From positions 9,389 through 73,388 of the forward strand of contig CAYSJW010000033.1 of NCBI GenBank assembly GCA_964431555.1: a DNA stretch of 64,000 bases, in the 5' to 3' direction. The notes beneath the pieces were generated by a model. It saw only the letters and a list, made by a program, of their open reading frames with translations. It was not told the DNA's origin and did no database searches. Below, one piece after another: positions 1-10,814 of the stretch. Positions within the stretch are counted from its first letter, which is position 1. Every line of letters starts with the position of its first letter. The stretch comes from an uncultured Gammaproteobacteria bacterium. GTDB lineage: Bacteria > Patescibacteriota > Microgenomatia > UBA8517. Position numbers and translations under genes: made by a program.

Positions 1-708
1 TTAATGTCGAATGCTAAACCTGCAGATAAATCTGAATATTTTGATTATTATACTGTTGTTGAAAATCTTTGTTTAGCAACGGGGTTGCCTATGCCCAAGC
101 TTTATATTATTGATGACACAGCTCCCAATGCATTTGCCACAGGAAGGGGACCTCAAAATGCGGTAATTTGTGCTACCACAGGCTTACTTCAAAAACTAAA
201 CAGAACTGAAATAGAAGGTGTGATAGGGCATGAGTTGAGTCATATTAGGAATTATGACATGCTTTTGATGACTATTGTATCTGTTTTGGTAGGGTCTATA
301 GCTTTGTTAGCTGATTTTTTGTTAAGGATAAACTGGTCTAGTAGAAGAGAAAGTAATGAGAGGAGAGGAAATTTAGGGGCTATTTTCTTATTTTTAGGTA
401 TAATTTTTGCTATTCTTTCTCCAGTTATAGCCAATCTTATAAAACTAGCAATATCAAGAAGAAGAGAATTTATGGCGGATGCAGGTTCGGTATCGATAAC
501 TAAACAACCTTCTGGTTTAATTTCAGCATTAAAGAAAATATCACAAGACCATGAACCACTAGAAGTTGCTAATAAAGCTACAGCACACCTTTATATTGTA
601 AATCCTTTTAAAGATAAATCTCAATCTATGGTTGGTTGGTTTGCAAATTTATTTAACACTCATCCCCCCATTGAAGAAAGGTTGAAATTACTTGAAGAAA
701 TGGCATAA
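1..708 (+). CDS. htpX: Zn-dependent protease HtpX (M48), 5'-truncated by window edge
   Basis: HELSHIRNYD (HExxH) motif lies only ~75 aa from the ORF start and no N-terminal TM helices precede it, so the gene must begin upstream of the window. C-terminal TM segments are typical of HtpX. Confidence 0.8.
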   Translation, partial: LMSNAKPADKSEYFDYYTVVENLCLATGLPMPKLYIIDDTAPNAFATGRGPQNAVICATTGLLQKLNRTEIEGVIGHELSHIRNYDMLLMTIVSVLVGSIALLADFLLRINWSSRRESNERRGNLGAIFLFLGIIFAILSPVIANLIKLAISRRREFMADAGSVSITKQPSGLISALKKISQDHEPLEVANKATAHLYIVNPFKDKSQSMVGWFANLFNTHPPIEERLKLLEEMA

Positions 709-797
709 AATATTTTTATATGTTTTATATAATACTAGTATCGATATTTGCATTATTTATTTTTTACTTCATTTACAAATATACTCAAAGACGTTAA

Positions 798-1199
798 TCA
801 TTTTGTTATTTGAAGATAAAACTTTCTTAAAGCAACAATAGTTATCCCCCAGGCTAGAGGTAACCAAAGAGGAACATATTTTAGATTATTTACTAGAAAA
901 ACGGGTTGAATTTTATTAAACGAAAAAATTGCAAAGAACATTGGGATTAGGCAAGCGAATAGGTAGTAAAAGAAATCTCCTTTTTCCCTTAAAAAAATAA
1001 AGTAAAAAAAAGAGACGATTATTGTAAAATAATTTAAACTTTTTACAGTTGGAGTTAGAAAGGCAATGGTAAAAAGCCAGCTGAAATATAGAAAATAAAA
1101 TAATATTATTATGTTTTCTTTTTTCATTAATATAATAATATTACCTTTTTTAAAAATAATAATGCAATGATACAATTTAAAAAAATGATAATTTTTCAA
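798..1199 (-). CDS. hypothetical small polytopic membrane protein (Phe/Ile-rich)
   Basis: 133-aa ORF with several hydrophobic helices. Low-complexity composition, so the call is weak. Confidence 0.3.
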   Translation of the reverse strand: MKNYHFFKLYHCIIIFKKGNIIILMKKENIIILFYFLYFSWLFTIAFLTPTVKSLNYFTIIVSFFYFIFLREKGDFFYYLFACLIPMFFAIFSFNKIQPVFLVNNLKYVPLWLPLAWGITIVALRKFYLQITK

Positions 1200-1255
1200 T
1201 CTAAATATGTTTTTTATCTGATAGTGATATAATTACAATGTAAATAAAGTTATTT

Positions 1256-1564
1256 ATGTCCAAAAAAGTAATTGACAAAAATTTAATAAAAAAAATCGAA
1301 AAACTATCTTTCTTAAATATTAGTGAAGAAGAATCTGAATATTTTGTAAATCAGTTTAATGAAACTTTATCTATAATTGAAATTTTTGATAAATTAAATA
1401 CTAAAAATATAACTCCCACAAATCAGGTTACAGGTCTTTTTAATGTTTTTAGGGAAGATAAAATTGATAAAAAAAGGATCTTAACCCAAGCCGAAGCTCT
1501 ATCAAACACAAAAAGTTCTCTAAATGGTTATTTTATGGTAAAAGCAATCTTTAATGAAACCTAA
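1256..1564 (+). CDS. gatC: Asp/Glu-tRNA(Asn/Gln) amidotransferase subunit C
   Basis: About 100 aa, GatC-like N-terminus (LS..E...F..Q). Overlaps the gatA start by 11 nt in the gatCAB order. Confidence 0.85.
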   Translation: MSKKVIDKNLIKKIEKLSFLNISEEESEYFVNQFNETLSIIEIFDKLNTKNITPTNQVTGLFNVFREDKIDKKRILTQAEALSNTKSSLNGYFMVKAIFNET

Positions 1565-2957
1565 TTTAAGTTTAAAAAATATTATAAGACTAATAGAGAA
1601 AAAGGAGTTATCCTCTTATGAACTAGTCTATTTTTATTTATCCAGAATTAAAAAATATAATAAAAAATTTAATGTATATTTGACTGTTGATGAAAAGGCG
1701 TTAAAGAAGGCAAAGAAAATATCAGGAATACCTAACGAAAAGAAACCCATTTTGGGAATTCCTTTTGCTGTTAAGGATATTTTTCTTACAAAAAATTTAA
1801 GAACAACTGCTTCGAGTAAACTTCTCGATAAATTTATACCTAAATATTCGGCGACGGTTGTGGAGAGATTAGAAGATGCTGGGGGTATTATCTTAGGAAA
1901 GACTAATCTTGATGCCTGGTGTCATGGTTCTTCAACAGAAACTTCTGATTATGGTTCGACGAAAAATCCATGGGATTCAAAAAGATTGCCGGGGGGATCA
2001 TCTGGAGGATCGGCTGCAGCTGTGTCAGCAGACTTGGCACCATTTTCTATTGGTACAGAAACAGCAGGTTCTATAAGAGGTCCGGCCGCATGGTGTGGCA
2101 TTGTAGGTTTAAAACCTACATATGGTAGAGTTAGTAGATACGGAATAATAGCTATGGGTTCATCATTAGATTGTCCAGGACCATTAACTAAAACAGTAGA
2201 AGATTCAGCAATAATTTTAAATATTATCGCGGGGAAGGATCCTTATGATGCAACAACATCAGATAGACCTAAGGAGGATTATTTAAGTTTTTTGAAAAAA
2301 AGTATAAAAGGCTTAAGAATTGGCATAGCAGAAAATTATCTTTTACCAAAAATGGATAAAAGAGTTAAGGATTTGATTATCAAAGCAGCACAAGATTTCG
2401 AAAGTTTAGGCGCAAAAGTTGATTATGTAAAAACTCTTGATCCTAATTACGCTATAGGAGTATACACTGTTATACAGAGATCAGAAGTTTCTTCAAATCT
2501 TTCCCGATTTGATGGTATTCGTTACGGAAATGATAGATCATTTTTTAAGCAAGAAGCAAAAAGAAGAATTATGCTTGGTACTTTTACATTATCTTCAGGT
2601 TATCAAGATAGGTATTATAAAAAAGCTCAAAAGGTCAGAACATTATTTATAAATGATTTTAAAAAAATTTTTAAAAATTTTGATTTACTAATAGGACCTA
2701 CGATGCCTGGCCCAGCTCCTAAAATTGGTATAACTAAAGGTCAGGCAATGTTTGGAGAGATGGCTGATATTCTTAATGAACCAACATCTATAGCAGGATT
2801 GCCGGGAATATCGGTACCTTGTGGTTTCATAGACGGATTACCTATAGGATTGGATATATTTGGTCCTCAATTTTCTGAAGGAAAAATCTTGTCTGCTGCA
2901 CATCATTATGAGAAATTAAATAACTGGAATAAAATTTATCCGAATTTAGATAAATAA
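1554..2957 (+). CDS. gatA: Asp/Glu-tRNA amidotransferase subunit A (amidase signature)
   Basis: Amidase signature GGSSGGSAAAV. Ser-cisSer-Lys context. 467 aa. Followed immediately by gatB. Confidence 0.92.
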   Translation: MKPNLSLKNIIRLIEKKELSSYELVYFYLSRIKKYNKKFNVYLTVDEKALKKAKKISGIPNEKKPILGIPFAVKDIFLTKNLRTTASSKLLDKFIPKYSATVVERLEDAGGIILGKTNLDAWCHGSSTETSDYGSTKNPWDSKRLPGGSSGGSAAAVSADLAPFSIGTETAGSIRGPAAWCGIVGLKPTYGRVSRYGIIAMGSSLDCPGPLTKTVEDSAIILNIIAGKDPYDATTSDRPKEDYLSFLKKSIKGLRIGIAENYLLPKMDKRVKDLIIKAAQDFESLGAKVDYVKTLDPNYAIGVYTVIQRSEVSSNLSRFDGIRYGNDRSFFKQEAKRRIMLGTFTLSSGYQDRYYKKAQKVRTLFINDFKKIFKNFDLLIGPTMPGPAPKIGITKGQAMFGEMADILNEPTSIAGLPGISVPCGFIDGLPIGLDIFGPQFSEGKILSAAHHYEKLNNWNKIYPNLDK

Positions 2958-2961
2958 TTTT

Positions 2962-4263
2962 ATGAGTAAAAAATATATTGCCACAGTTGGAATGGAAGCT
3001 CATATTGAATTAAGAACAGTTTCAAAGATGTTTTGTGGTTGTCCATCTGATCACTTTGCTAAACCTCCAAATAGCCAGACTTGCCCTGTTTGTTTAGGTT
3101 TACCTGGAGCCTTACCTACGATAAATAAAAAGGCTATTGAATGGACAATTATGATAGCTTTAGCGTTGAAATGTAAAATTAGCGAACTCAGTAAATTCGA
3201 CAGAAAGCATTATTTTTATCCCGATTTACCCAAAGGTTATCAGATAAGTCAGTATGATGAACCCATAGGAATCGATGGATTTCTTGAAACATCTTACGGA
3301 AGAGTTGGTATTGAAAGGGTACATATAGAAGAAGATACAGGTAAACTCCAACATAAAGAAATAAACGGAAGAAAAATTACTTTAATCGATTTCAATAGGA
3401 GCGGAGTTCCATTAGTTGAAATTGTTACTCATCCTGATATTCATTCAGGTTTGCAGGCAAAAGAATATTGTCAGAAATTACAACAAATTATTAGGACTTT
3501 AAAAGTTTCAGATTGTGATATGGAAAAAGGTTCTATGCGTCTAGAAGCAAATGTTTCTTGGGGTTTGGATTGGGGATATAAAGTTGAAGTAAAAAACCTA
3601 AATTCATTTAGATTTGTGGATAAAGCAATAGAATATGAACTTAAAAGACAGAAAGAAATTTTGGAAAAGGGAATAATTCCTAAGCAAGAAACCAGAGGTT
3701 GGGATGAGGTAAAAAATGTCACAGTAAGTCAAAGATATAAAGAAACTGCAGCTGATTATAGATATTTTCCTGAGCCGGATTTACCTCCAATGAAGTTTAA
3801 TCATGAATTTATAAGAAAATTAAAATCTAATATTCCGGAACTTCCTGAAGATAAAAGAAAAAGATTTATTGAAAAATACGGTTTGAGAAAAGATTATGCA
3901 GATATTATTGTATCGAACCAAAAACTCGCAGAAGTTGCTGAAAAAATATTTATTCAATCAAAGAAAGAGTCATTAGATATAAATAATATTGCAAGTATAT
4001 TGATAAATCGTAAAGATATTAAAAATTTAAATAAAGATGAAATAATTAAATTATATAAGTTAAAAAAAGAAAAGATAACTGATGAAGATAGATTATCTGA
4101 ATGGGTTAAAGAGGCAATGAATTTAATGCCAAAAGCAATAGATGATTTTAAGAAGGGTAAAACAAACTCAATTATGGCTTTGGTTGGTAAAGTTGTTCAA
4201 CTTTCAAAAGGTAAAGCAGATCCGATAATAACTAAGAAAATTTTAGAACAAAGACTCAAGTAA
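2962..4263 (+). CDS. gatB: Asp/Glu-tRNA amidotransferase subunit B
   Basis: N-terminal MEAHIELRT..K.FC-C motif typical of GatB. C-terminal YqeY-like tail. Operon position after gatA. Confidence 0.9.
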   Translation: MSKKYIATVGMEAHIELRTVSKMFCGCPSDHFAKPPNSQTCPVCLGLPGALPTINKKAIEWTIMIALALKCKISELSKFDRKHYFYPDLPKGYQISQYDEPIGIDGFLETSYGRVGIERVHIEEDTGKLQHKEINGRKITLIDFNRSGVPLVEIVTHPDIHSGLQAKEYCQKLQQIIRTLKVSDCDMEKGSMRLEANVSWGLDWGYKVEVKNLNSFRFVDKAIEYELKRQKEILEKGIIPKQETRGWDEVKNVTVSQRYKETAADYRYFPEPDLPPMKFNHEFIRKLKSNIPELPEDKRKRFIEKYGLRKDYADIIVSNQKLAEVAEKIFIQSKKESLDINNIASILINRKDIKNLNKDEIIKLYKLKKEKITDEDRLSEWVKEAMNLMPKAIDDFKKGKTNSIMALVGKVVQLSKGKADPIITKKILEQRLK

Positions 4264-4280
4264 TATTTTTCTTTCAAAAA

Positions 4281-5531
4281 ATGTCCTGGAGAAAATTAAT
4301 TAAAAACAATAATTTTGTTTTTATATGGATTTCACAGATATTTTCACAATTGACCATAAACATATTAAATTACACGATTATCTTTTCATTATTTGAGAAA
4401 ACTGGTTCTTCAATAGCTACCTCACTTGTCTGGATTTTCTATGCTTTACCTGTTATTTTAATTGGTCCCTTTGCAGCTTCATCCGCCGATATGATTGATA
4501 GAAGGAAAATTTTGATTATAACAAACTTTTTACAATCTATGGTTATACTACCATACGCTTTATTATCAGCTACACACAATTATCTTGTCTATGCTGTTGT
4601 TGTAATATATTCATCAATTAATCAATTTTATGTGCCAGCGGAATTTGCCACAATTCCTTTTGTTGTTGATAGAAAGAATCTTCCTGAAGCAAACAGTCTC
4701 TTTTTGGTAACCCAGCAGGTAGCCTTACTTTTGGGATTTGGCTTTTCCGGATTACTCCTTAATTTTATAGGTTTTAAATATACATTATTGATTTGTAGTT
4801 TATTTTTAATTATTTCATTTATCTCAACAACTTTTCTTCCAAGCATGAAAATAAAAACTGAGGTTCCTAATAAATTTGATGAAATTGTTCTTAAATTTTT
4901 CACTGAAATTTTTGTAGGATACAGATTCATAAAGAATAATAAAATGGTTTTGGCACCTTTTCTTATATTGATTTTCACGCAGATATCTTTATCGATAATA
5001 ACGGTTAACGCCCCCGCTATAGCTCAAAATATAGTTGGAGTTCCTTTAAATATGGCAGGAATATATTTGATAGTTCCAGCCGGAATGGGAGCAGTTTTAG
5101 CTTCATTCAGAATACCATTCCTTCTTAGTAAAAAGATAAGAAAGATAGTTATTATTAAAAATTCTTTAATAAACGTATTTTTGTCTTTGTTACTTTTTGT
5201 TTTTGTTTTTTCTTATTTGGAAGATAATATAAGATTATTATTTGACTTTCTGCTTATATTAATAATTGGTTATTCTTATGTAGGAATTTTAGTTCCTACA
5301 CAAACTTTCCTTCAACAGAAAACTCCTTTTGATCTAAGGGGAAGAGTTTTTGGAAATTATTGGTTTTTAGTGACATTACTGAGTGTTTTTCCAGTAATAT
5401 TATCGGGAACAATAACAGATATCTTTGGAGTAAAAATACTTTTTGGATTGCTTCTAATTGGAATACTCCTTTTATATATAATATTAGGAAAGAGGGACAA
5501 AATTTATGTTACTTCAAACAATTTCACTTGA
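4281..5531 (+). CDS. MFS-type transporter
   Basis: 416 aa with about 12 predicted TM helices. Short basic loop (DRRK) after TM2 is typical of the major facilitator superfamily. Confidence 0.65.
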   Translation: MSWRKLIKNNNFVFIWISQIFSQLTINILNYTIIFSLFEKTGSSIATSLVWIFYALPVILIGPFAASSADMIDRRKILIITNFLQSMVILPYALLSATHNYLVYAVVVIYSSINQFYVPAEFATIPFVVDRKNLPEANSLFLVTQQVALLLGFGFSGLLLNFIGFKYTLLICSLFLIISFISTTFLPSMKIKTEVPNKFDEIVLKFFTEIFVGYRFIKNNKMVLAPFLILIFTQISLSIITVNAPAIAQNIVGVPLNMAGIYLIVPAGMGAVLASFRIPFLLSKKIRKIVIIKNSLINVFLSLLLFVFVFSYLEDNIRLLFDFLLILIIGYSYVGILVPTQTFLQQKTPFDLRGRVFGNYWFLVTLLSVFPVILSGTITDIFGVKILFGLLLIGILLLYIILGKRDKIYVTSNNFT

Positions 5532-5667
5532 ATGATATTTCTGTAGTAATATAGATAAAATATCCTAAAGGTAGATTGTTGATTAAAGGAAGTACAATAT
5601 TTAATATGGTTTTTTAAATTATAATAAGAATTTTTTATGAAGTTAATTTTATAAAATTTTTAAAAGT

Positions 5668-8600
5668 GTGTTAAAAATGAGTAAATTTGTTCATCTACAT
5701 TTACATACAGAATATTCCCTTTTGGATGGATTATGTAAAATAAGTCCTTTGCTTCATTCAGTTAAGGAATTGGACATGGATAGTGTTGCAATAACTGACC
5801 ATGGAGCAATGTATGGAGTAATAGAGTTTTATAAAAAAGCTAAAAAGGAAGGAATAAAACCTATTTTAGGTATAGAGATATATACAACAAATTTTCCTCA
5901 TAAGGAAAGGCCTGAAAGATCGAGGGTAAAAAATTATCATCTTTTATTGTTGGCTAAAGACAATCAAGGGTATAAAAATTTAATGAGGTTAACATCTATC
6001 GCTCACATAGAAGGTTATTATTATAAACCTAGAGTAGATAAAGAAACTTTAGCAAAATATTCGGAAGGATTGATATGTTTGTCAGGTTGTTCTCTTGGAG
6101 AAATAAATCAATTTATTATTGAGGATGATTATATGAATGCAAAAATTTCAGCTGAATGGTATTTATCAGTTTTTAAAGAAGATTTTTATTTAGAATTACA
6201 AAGGCATGAAAATAATAATTTTATTAAAGAAACCAAAATAGTAGAAATTAAAAATTCTCTTAGAGAAGCTCATGAAAACGAAACTAAAATTAATTTGGGG
6301 TTAATTAAATTAAGTAGAGATTTAGGAATTCCCTTGGTAGCAACAAACGATGTACATTATATTAAAAAAGAAGATGCTGTTGCACAAGATGCATTGATAT
6401 GCATTTCTACGGGTAAAGTTATTAATGATACTAAAAGACTACGTTTTATTGATTCCCCCACATATTATCTTAGAAGCTCCGATGAAATGTATAAGTTATT
6501 TTTTGATTTACCTGATTCTTGTGAAAATACACTAAAAATAGCGGAAAAATGTGATGTTACAATAACTTTAGATAAATGGTTTTTCCCAAATTTTATTTTA
6601 ACTGAAAAAACTCCTGATGAAGAGTTAGAAAAAAAAGCTTATCAAGGTGTAGAAAGACTTAAATTAAAAGTAACATCACAATTAAAAGAAAGATTGGAAT
6701 ACGAACTTGATATTATCAAAAAGAAAGGTTATTCCACATATTTTTTAATTGTTGCTGATATGGCGTCGTGGTGCAATGAAAAAGGGATAATAACAAATAC
6801 ACGCGGATCAACGGCGGGTTCATTAGTAGCTTATGTTTTAGGAATCATAAATATTAATCCCTTGGATTATAATTTGCCGTTTGAAAGGTTTCTTACTCCG
6901 TGGAGACCATCTCCTCCAGATATTGACTTTGATATTGCTGATAATAGAAGGGAAGAGGTTATACAATATCTTACGGATAAATATGGAAAAGAAAAGGTTG
7001 CTCAGATATGCACTTTCGGTAGGATGATGGCAAGAGGATCTGTTAGAGATATTGCTAGAGTACTTGGCTATCCTTATTTAGTCGGCGATAAAATCTCTAA
7101 GTTAATACCATTAGGCTCTCAGGGATTTCCAATGAGTATTGATAAAGCAATTGAAATTTCTCCTGAATTAAAAAAGTTGTATAAAGAAGATAAAGATTCG
7201 AGAAAAATTATAGATCTTGCCAAACAGATAGAAGGTTCAGCGAGGCATATATCTGTACATGCGGCAGGTGTTGTCATAGCTCCGACTGAAATAACTGATT
7301 TTACTCCAATACAACTTGATCCGGAAGGCAAAAAGATAATTACTCAGTATGATATGGATGCACTTGACCCAAATGTATCCCCTGGAGAAGCGGTTGGACT
7401 TTTAAAGTTTGACCTTTTAGGATTAAGAAATTTGTCAATATTAGGTTCTACTGTAGAGATAATAAAAAGAGAAGAAAATGTTGATATCAGACTTTCACAA
7501 ATTCCTTTGAACGATAAGAAGACTTTTGAAATGTTGTCCAGAGGTGAAACGATGGGAGTTTTCCAACTTTCCGGAAGTGGCATGACAAGATATTTAAAAG
7601 AGCTTAAACCCGAAAGAGTTGAAGATTTGATGGCTATGGTTGCCTTGTATAGACCAGGTCCTATGGCTCAGATACCAGAATATATAGAAAGAAAAAATAA
7701 TCCTGAAAAGATCAAATATTTTGACGAGAGAATGAAAGAGTATCTTGATAAATCCTATGGTCTTTTGGTCTATCAAGATGATGTCTTTTTAACTGCTATA
7801 AAAATAGCGGGATACACATGGGAAGAAGCTGACAAATTTAGAAAGGCTGTTGGAAAGAAAATTCCACAGGAAATGGAAAAACAAAAAGATAAATTTATAA
7901 AAGGTGCGATAGAGAATGGTATGGAAAAAAATAAAGCAGAAGAATTGTTTGATTTAATTAAGCCTTTTTCAGGATATGGTTTTAACAAAGCTCATGCTGC
8001 CAGTTATGGTCTGGTAGCATATTGGACAGCTTATCTTAAGGCGAATTATCCTGTAGAGTTTATGACTGCTTTGTTGACTGCAGAATCTGATGATACGGAA
8101 AAAATATCTTCAGCTGTCAATGAGTGTAAGAGATTGGGTATAACCGTTCTTCCTCCGGATATTAATGAGTCAGATATAGGTTTTAAGATTGTAAATAATG
8201 AAAATTATAAATTTGGTAAAGCTATAAGATTTGGTTTAAATGCAATAAAAAATGTTGGTAATGCAGCGATAGAAGCAATACTAAATGAAAGAAAGAAAGG
8301 AAAATTTCTAAATTTCTCAAATTTTATAAAACGAGTTGACTCAAGAAAAGTAAATAAAAAGGTTCTAGAAAGTTTAATAAAAGTGGGTGCTTTATCTGAA
8401 TTTGGATCAAGAGCTATGCTTTTATCTGTGATGGATGATTTAAGAAGTAAAGTTAGTAAGCCTAAATGTTACGAGAATCAAGATATTCTTTTTAGCACTG
8501 ATGAACTTGAGAAAGGCAGTGATAAAGTAATTAACTTTAATGGCGAATCGATAGAAGAATTAACAGATGAGGAAATACAGCGATTAGAAAGGGAGCTGTT

Positions 8601-9183
8601 GGGTTTTTCTATATCTGCAAAACCAATATCAGATTTACTTTCATCAATTAAACAGATGTCAACACATAGTATTCAAGAGATAGTTGAGGAAAATGTTTTA
8701 GGTTCTGAAATAAAACTTGCAGTGGTTATAAAAGATGTTAGAGTTGCAATAACCAGAAAAACAGGTCAAGAAATGGCTTTTGTCAAGGTTTCAGATGAAA
8801 CCGGAACAATAAATCTTATTGTTTTTCCCAGATTATTTAATGAAACCAAGAATCTTTGGGTTGACAATAATGCCATAATTGTAACAGGTAAAGTAGATAC
8901 ACAAGATGATGAACCTGCAATTTTGGTTGATAAAATATTTTCAAAAGATCAGTTAAATAAAAGTGAAAATCACTTATATATAAGAGTTCCTAATAATATT
9001 GAAAAAGAAAGGTTAATAAAATTAAAGAATTATTTTTTAAAAATTCCGGGAATTAATGATGTATCATTAGTATTTAACGGTAAACATAAAAGAATTGTTG
9101 ATCTTAATGTAAAAATACAGTGGAATGAAGATATTGCTAGAAATATATCACAAATTTTAGAATCAGAAAATGATTTGGATTAA
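5668..9183 (+). CDS. dnaE: DNA polymerase III alpha subunit
   Basis: PHP domain HLHLHTEYSLLDG at the N-terminus. 1171 aa. Polymerase core motifs and a C-terminal OB-fold region. Confidence 0.95.
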   Translation: MLKMSKFVHLHLHTEYSLLDGLCKISPLLHSVKELDMDSVAITDHGAMYGVIEFYKKAKKEGIKPILGIEIYTTNFPHKERPERSRVKNYHLLLLAKDNQGYKNLMRLTSIAHIEGYYYKPRVDKETLAKYSEGLICLSGCSLGEINQFIIEDDYMNAKISAEWYLSVFKEDFYLELQRHENNNFIKETKIVEIKNSLREAHENETKINLGLIKLSRDLGIPLVATNDVHYIKKEDAVAQDALICISTGKVINDTKRLRFIDSPTYYLRSSDEMYKLFFDLPDSCENTLKIAEKCDVTITLDKWFFPNFILTEKTPDEELEKKAYQGVERLKLKVTSQLKERLEYELDIIKKKGYSTYFLIVADMASWCNEKGIITNTRGSTAGSLVAYVLGIININPLDYNLPFERFLTPWRPSPPDIDFDIADNRREEVIQYLTDKYGKEKVAQICTFGRMMARGSVRDIARVLGYPYLVGDKISKLIPLGSQGFPMSIDKAIEISPELKKLYKEDKDSRKIIDLAKQIEGSARHISVHAAGVVIAPTEITDFTPIQLDPEGKKIITQYDMDALDPNVSPGEAVGLLKFDLLGLRNLSILGSTVEIIKREENVDIRLSQIPLNDKKTFEMLSRGETMGVFQLSGSGMTRYLKELKPERVEDLMAMVALYRPGPMAQIPEYIERKNNPEKIKYFDERMKEYLDKSYGLLVYQDDVFLTAIKIAGYTWEEADKFRKAVGKKIPQEMEKQKDKFIKGAIENGMEKNKAEELFDLIKPFSGYGFNKAHAASYGLVAYWTAYLKANYPVEFMTALLTAESDDTEKISSAVNECKRLGITVLPPDINESDIGFKIVNNENYKFGKAIRFGLNAIKNVGNAAIEAILNERKKGKFLNFSNFIKRVDSRKVNKKVLESLIKVGALSEFGSRAMLLSVMDDLRSKVSKPKCYENQDILFSTDELEKGSDKVINFNGESIEELTDEEIQRLERELLGFSISAKPISDLLSSIKQMSTHSIQEIVEENVLGSEIKLAVVIKDVRVAITRKTGQEMAFVKVSDETGTINLIVFPRLFNETKNLWVDNNAIIVTGKVDTQDDEPAILVDKIFSKDQLNKSENHLYIRVPNNIEKERLIKLKNYFLKIPGINDVSLVFNGKHKRIVDLNVKIQWNEDIARNISQILESENDLD

Positions 9184-9210
9184 TATAAAATATCTGATAA
9201 AATCACACCT

Positions 9211-9567
9211 ATGGCAATAAATGTAAAATACAAAAATACAAATATTTCGATTGGAGATAAAGTAAGGGTAATTTATAAAATAAAAGAACAGGACAAAACG
9301 AGGTTGCAATCATTTGATGGAATTCTCATTGCTATTAAGGGTAGGAAAGAAAATTATTCTATAACTGTTAGGAGAATTGGTGATGCTCAAATAGGTATTG
9401 AAAGAATTTTTTTACTCTCATCACCTAGTTTAGAAAAAATAGAAATTTTAAAAAAGTCAGGTAAGGGAGTAAGAAGGGCAAAGCTTTATTATATAAGGGG
9501 TAAATCTAAAAAAGAAATCGAGAAAATATATTCAGGAGTTGATAAAATTAAAAAACCTTCTAATTAA
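9211..9567 (+). CDS. rplS: 50S ribosomal protein L19 (bL19)
   Basis: 118 aa. Conserved bL19 core (..GD.V.V...I.EG.K.R.Q.F.G..I...G......T.R). Confidence 0.85.
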   Translation: MAINVKYKNTNISIGDKVRVIYKIKEQDKTRLQSFDGILIAIKGRKENYSITVRRIGDAQIGIERIFLLSSPSLEKIEILKKSGKGVRRAKLYYIRGKSKKEIEKIYSGVDKIKKPSN

Positions 9568-9597
9568 TAATAAAAAATTAAATAATAACTCGTATTA

Positions 9598-9951
9598 TTG
9601 ATGGATAACAAAAATTTTGGTTATATTGCTGAAGAATACGCAGCAAAGTTTCTCAGAAAAAGTGGCTATAGGATTATAAAAAAAAATTTTAGAACTTCAT
9701 TTTCTGAAATTGATATAATAGCGAAAAAAAATGATTATCTTGTTTTTGTTGAGGTAAAAGCTAGATCTAGCTTGAAATTTGGTTTCCCAGAAGAGGCAGT
9801 AAGTAATTTAAAATTAAATAGGATTAAAAAAGCTGCATACGTATACTTGCAAAAATATAGATTATTAAACAAAAAATTTAGAATTGATATAGTATCTCTT
9901 ACATACAATAAAAGTAAGGTAATTTCTAAAAAAATAATCCAAGTTTTTTAA
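9598..9951 (+). CDS. YraN/UPF0102 family endonuclease
   Basis: GE.Y..fL...GY.Ii..N-type N-terminus and E.D.I..K......FVEVK.R core. 117 aa. Confidence 0.8.
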   Translation: MMDNKNFGYIAEEYAAKFLRKSGYRIIKKNFRTSFSEIDIIAKKNDYLVFVEVKARSSLKFGFPEEAVSNLKLNRIKKAAYVYLQKYRLLNKKFRIDIVSLTYNKSKVISKKIIQVF

Positions 9952-10581
9952 ATGATAAAGATAATAAGGTTAGTAGTAGGTGTGATGAAAACAAACTGTT
10001 ATATACTTTATGATGACAAAATAAATGAAGCAGCAATTATAGACGCTGGTGATGATTCGGATTATATAATTTCAACAATTCTAAAATTAAATTTAAAAGC
10101 ATCTTTTATTATTTCTACACACGGACATTTTGACCATAACATGGCAGTTTATGAATTAAAAAATTTATTTAATGTACCATTTTTTTTCTCAAAAAAAGAT
10201 TATTTTATTTTAAAATATATGCCAAAATCAGCCAAACATTATATAGGATTAAGCAATGTTTTAGTTCCCAATCCAGATAGGTTTATTAAAAGTGGTGATC
10301 TTCTTAAATTAGGAGAAACGGTTATCAAAGTAATTAATACTCCCGGACATACTCCTGGAGGAATTTGTCTTTATATCAAAAAGAATAAGTTATTATTTAG
10401 TGGTGATATCATTTTTAATGAAGGGATAGGAAGATATGATTTTTCTTACTCAGACAAAAATGCATTAATTAAATCTATTAAAAAAATAATCTCTATAAAA
10501 AATCTAAAATATATCTATCCTGGACATGGAAATGTGATTATTTATAATTATATAAAGAAAATATTAAATATCTTTACTTAG
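9952..10581 (+). CDS. MBL-fold metallo-hydrolase
   Basis: THGHFDH motif plus downstream TPGHTPG and a terminal HG. 209 aa. Confidence 0.85.
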   Translation: MIKIIRLVVGVMKTNCYILYDDKINEAAIIDAGDDSDYIISTILKLNLKASFIISTHGHFDHNMAVYELKNLFNVPFFFSKKDYFILKYMPKSAKHYIGLSNVLVPNPDRFIKSGDLLKLGETVIKVINTPGHTPGGICLYIKKNKLLFSGDIIFNEGIGRYDFSYSDKNALIKSIKKIISIKNLKYIYPGHGNVIIYNYIKKILNIFT

Positions 10582-10814
10582 TTTATTTATGACTAAACGC
10601 TACAGAAGAAATATAAATTTCAGGCAAAGTGTAAAAGAATTTAGATCTCAAAATTATTCAAAAATAGTCCAACATTTTAAAATAAATTTGGCACAAAAAA
10701 TATTTGAATATTCTATAAAAGGGATACATTTTCCTATAAATATTGTAAGAGGTGTTTATAAAAAATTTATTCCTGCACTTCCTAAAAATGCAAAAAAAAT
10801 ATCATAAAAATGAT

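Noticed and set aside
4628-4978. 116-aa ORF antisense to the MFS transporter
   Set aside because: Fully internal and antisense to a better-supported CDS.
7119-7988. Four short minus-strand ORFs inside dnaE
   Set aside because: Antisense to a well-supported long CDS; frame-shadow ORFs.
10589-10807. 72-aa basic ORF between the MBL hydrolase and the DUF2233-like gene
   Set aside because: No motif, no SD, lysine-rich low complexity. Could be real but unsupported, so not called.
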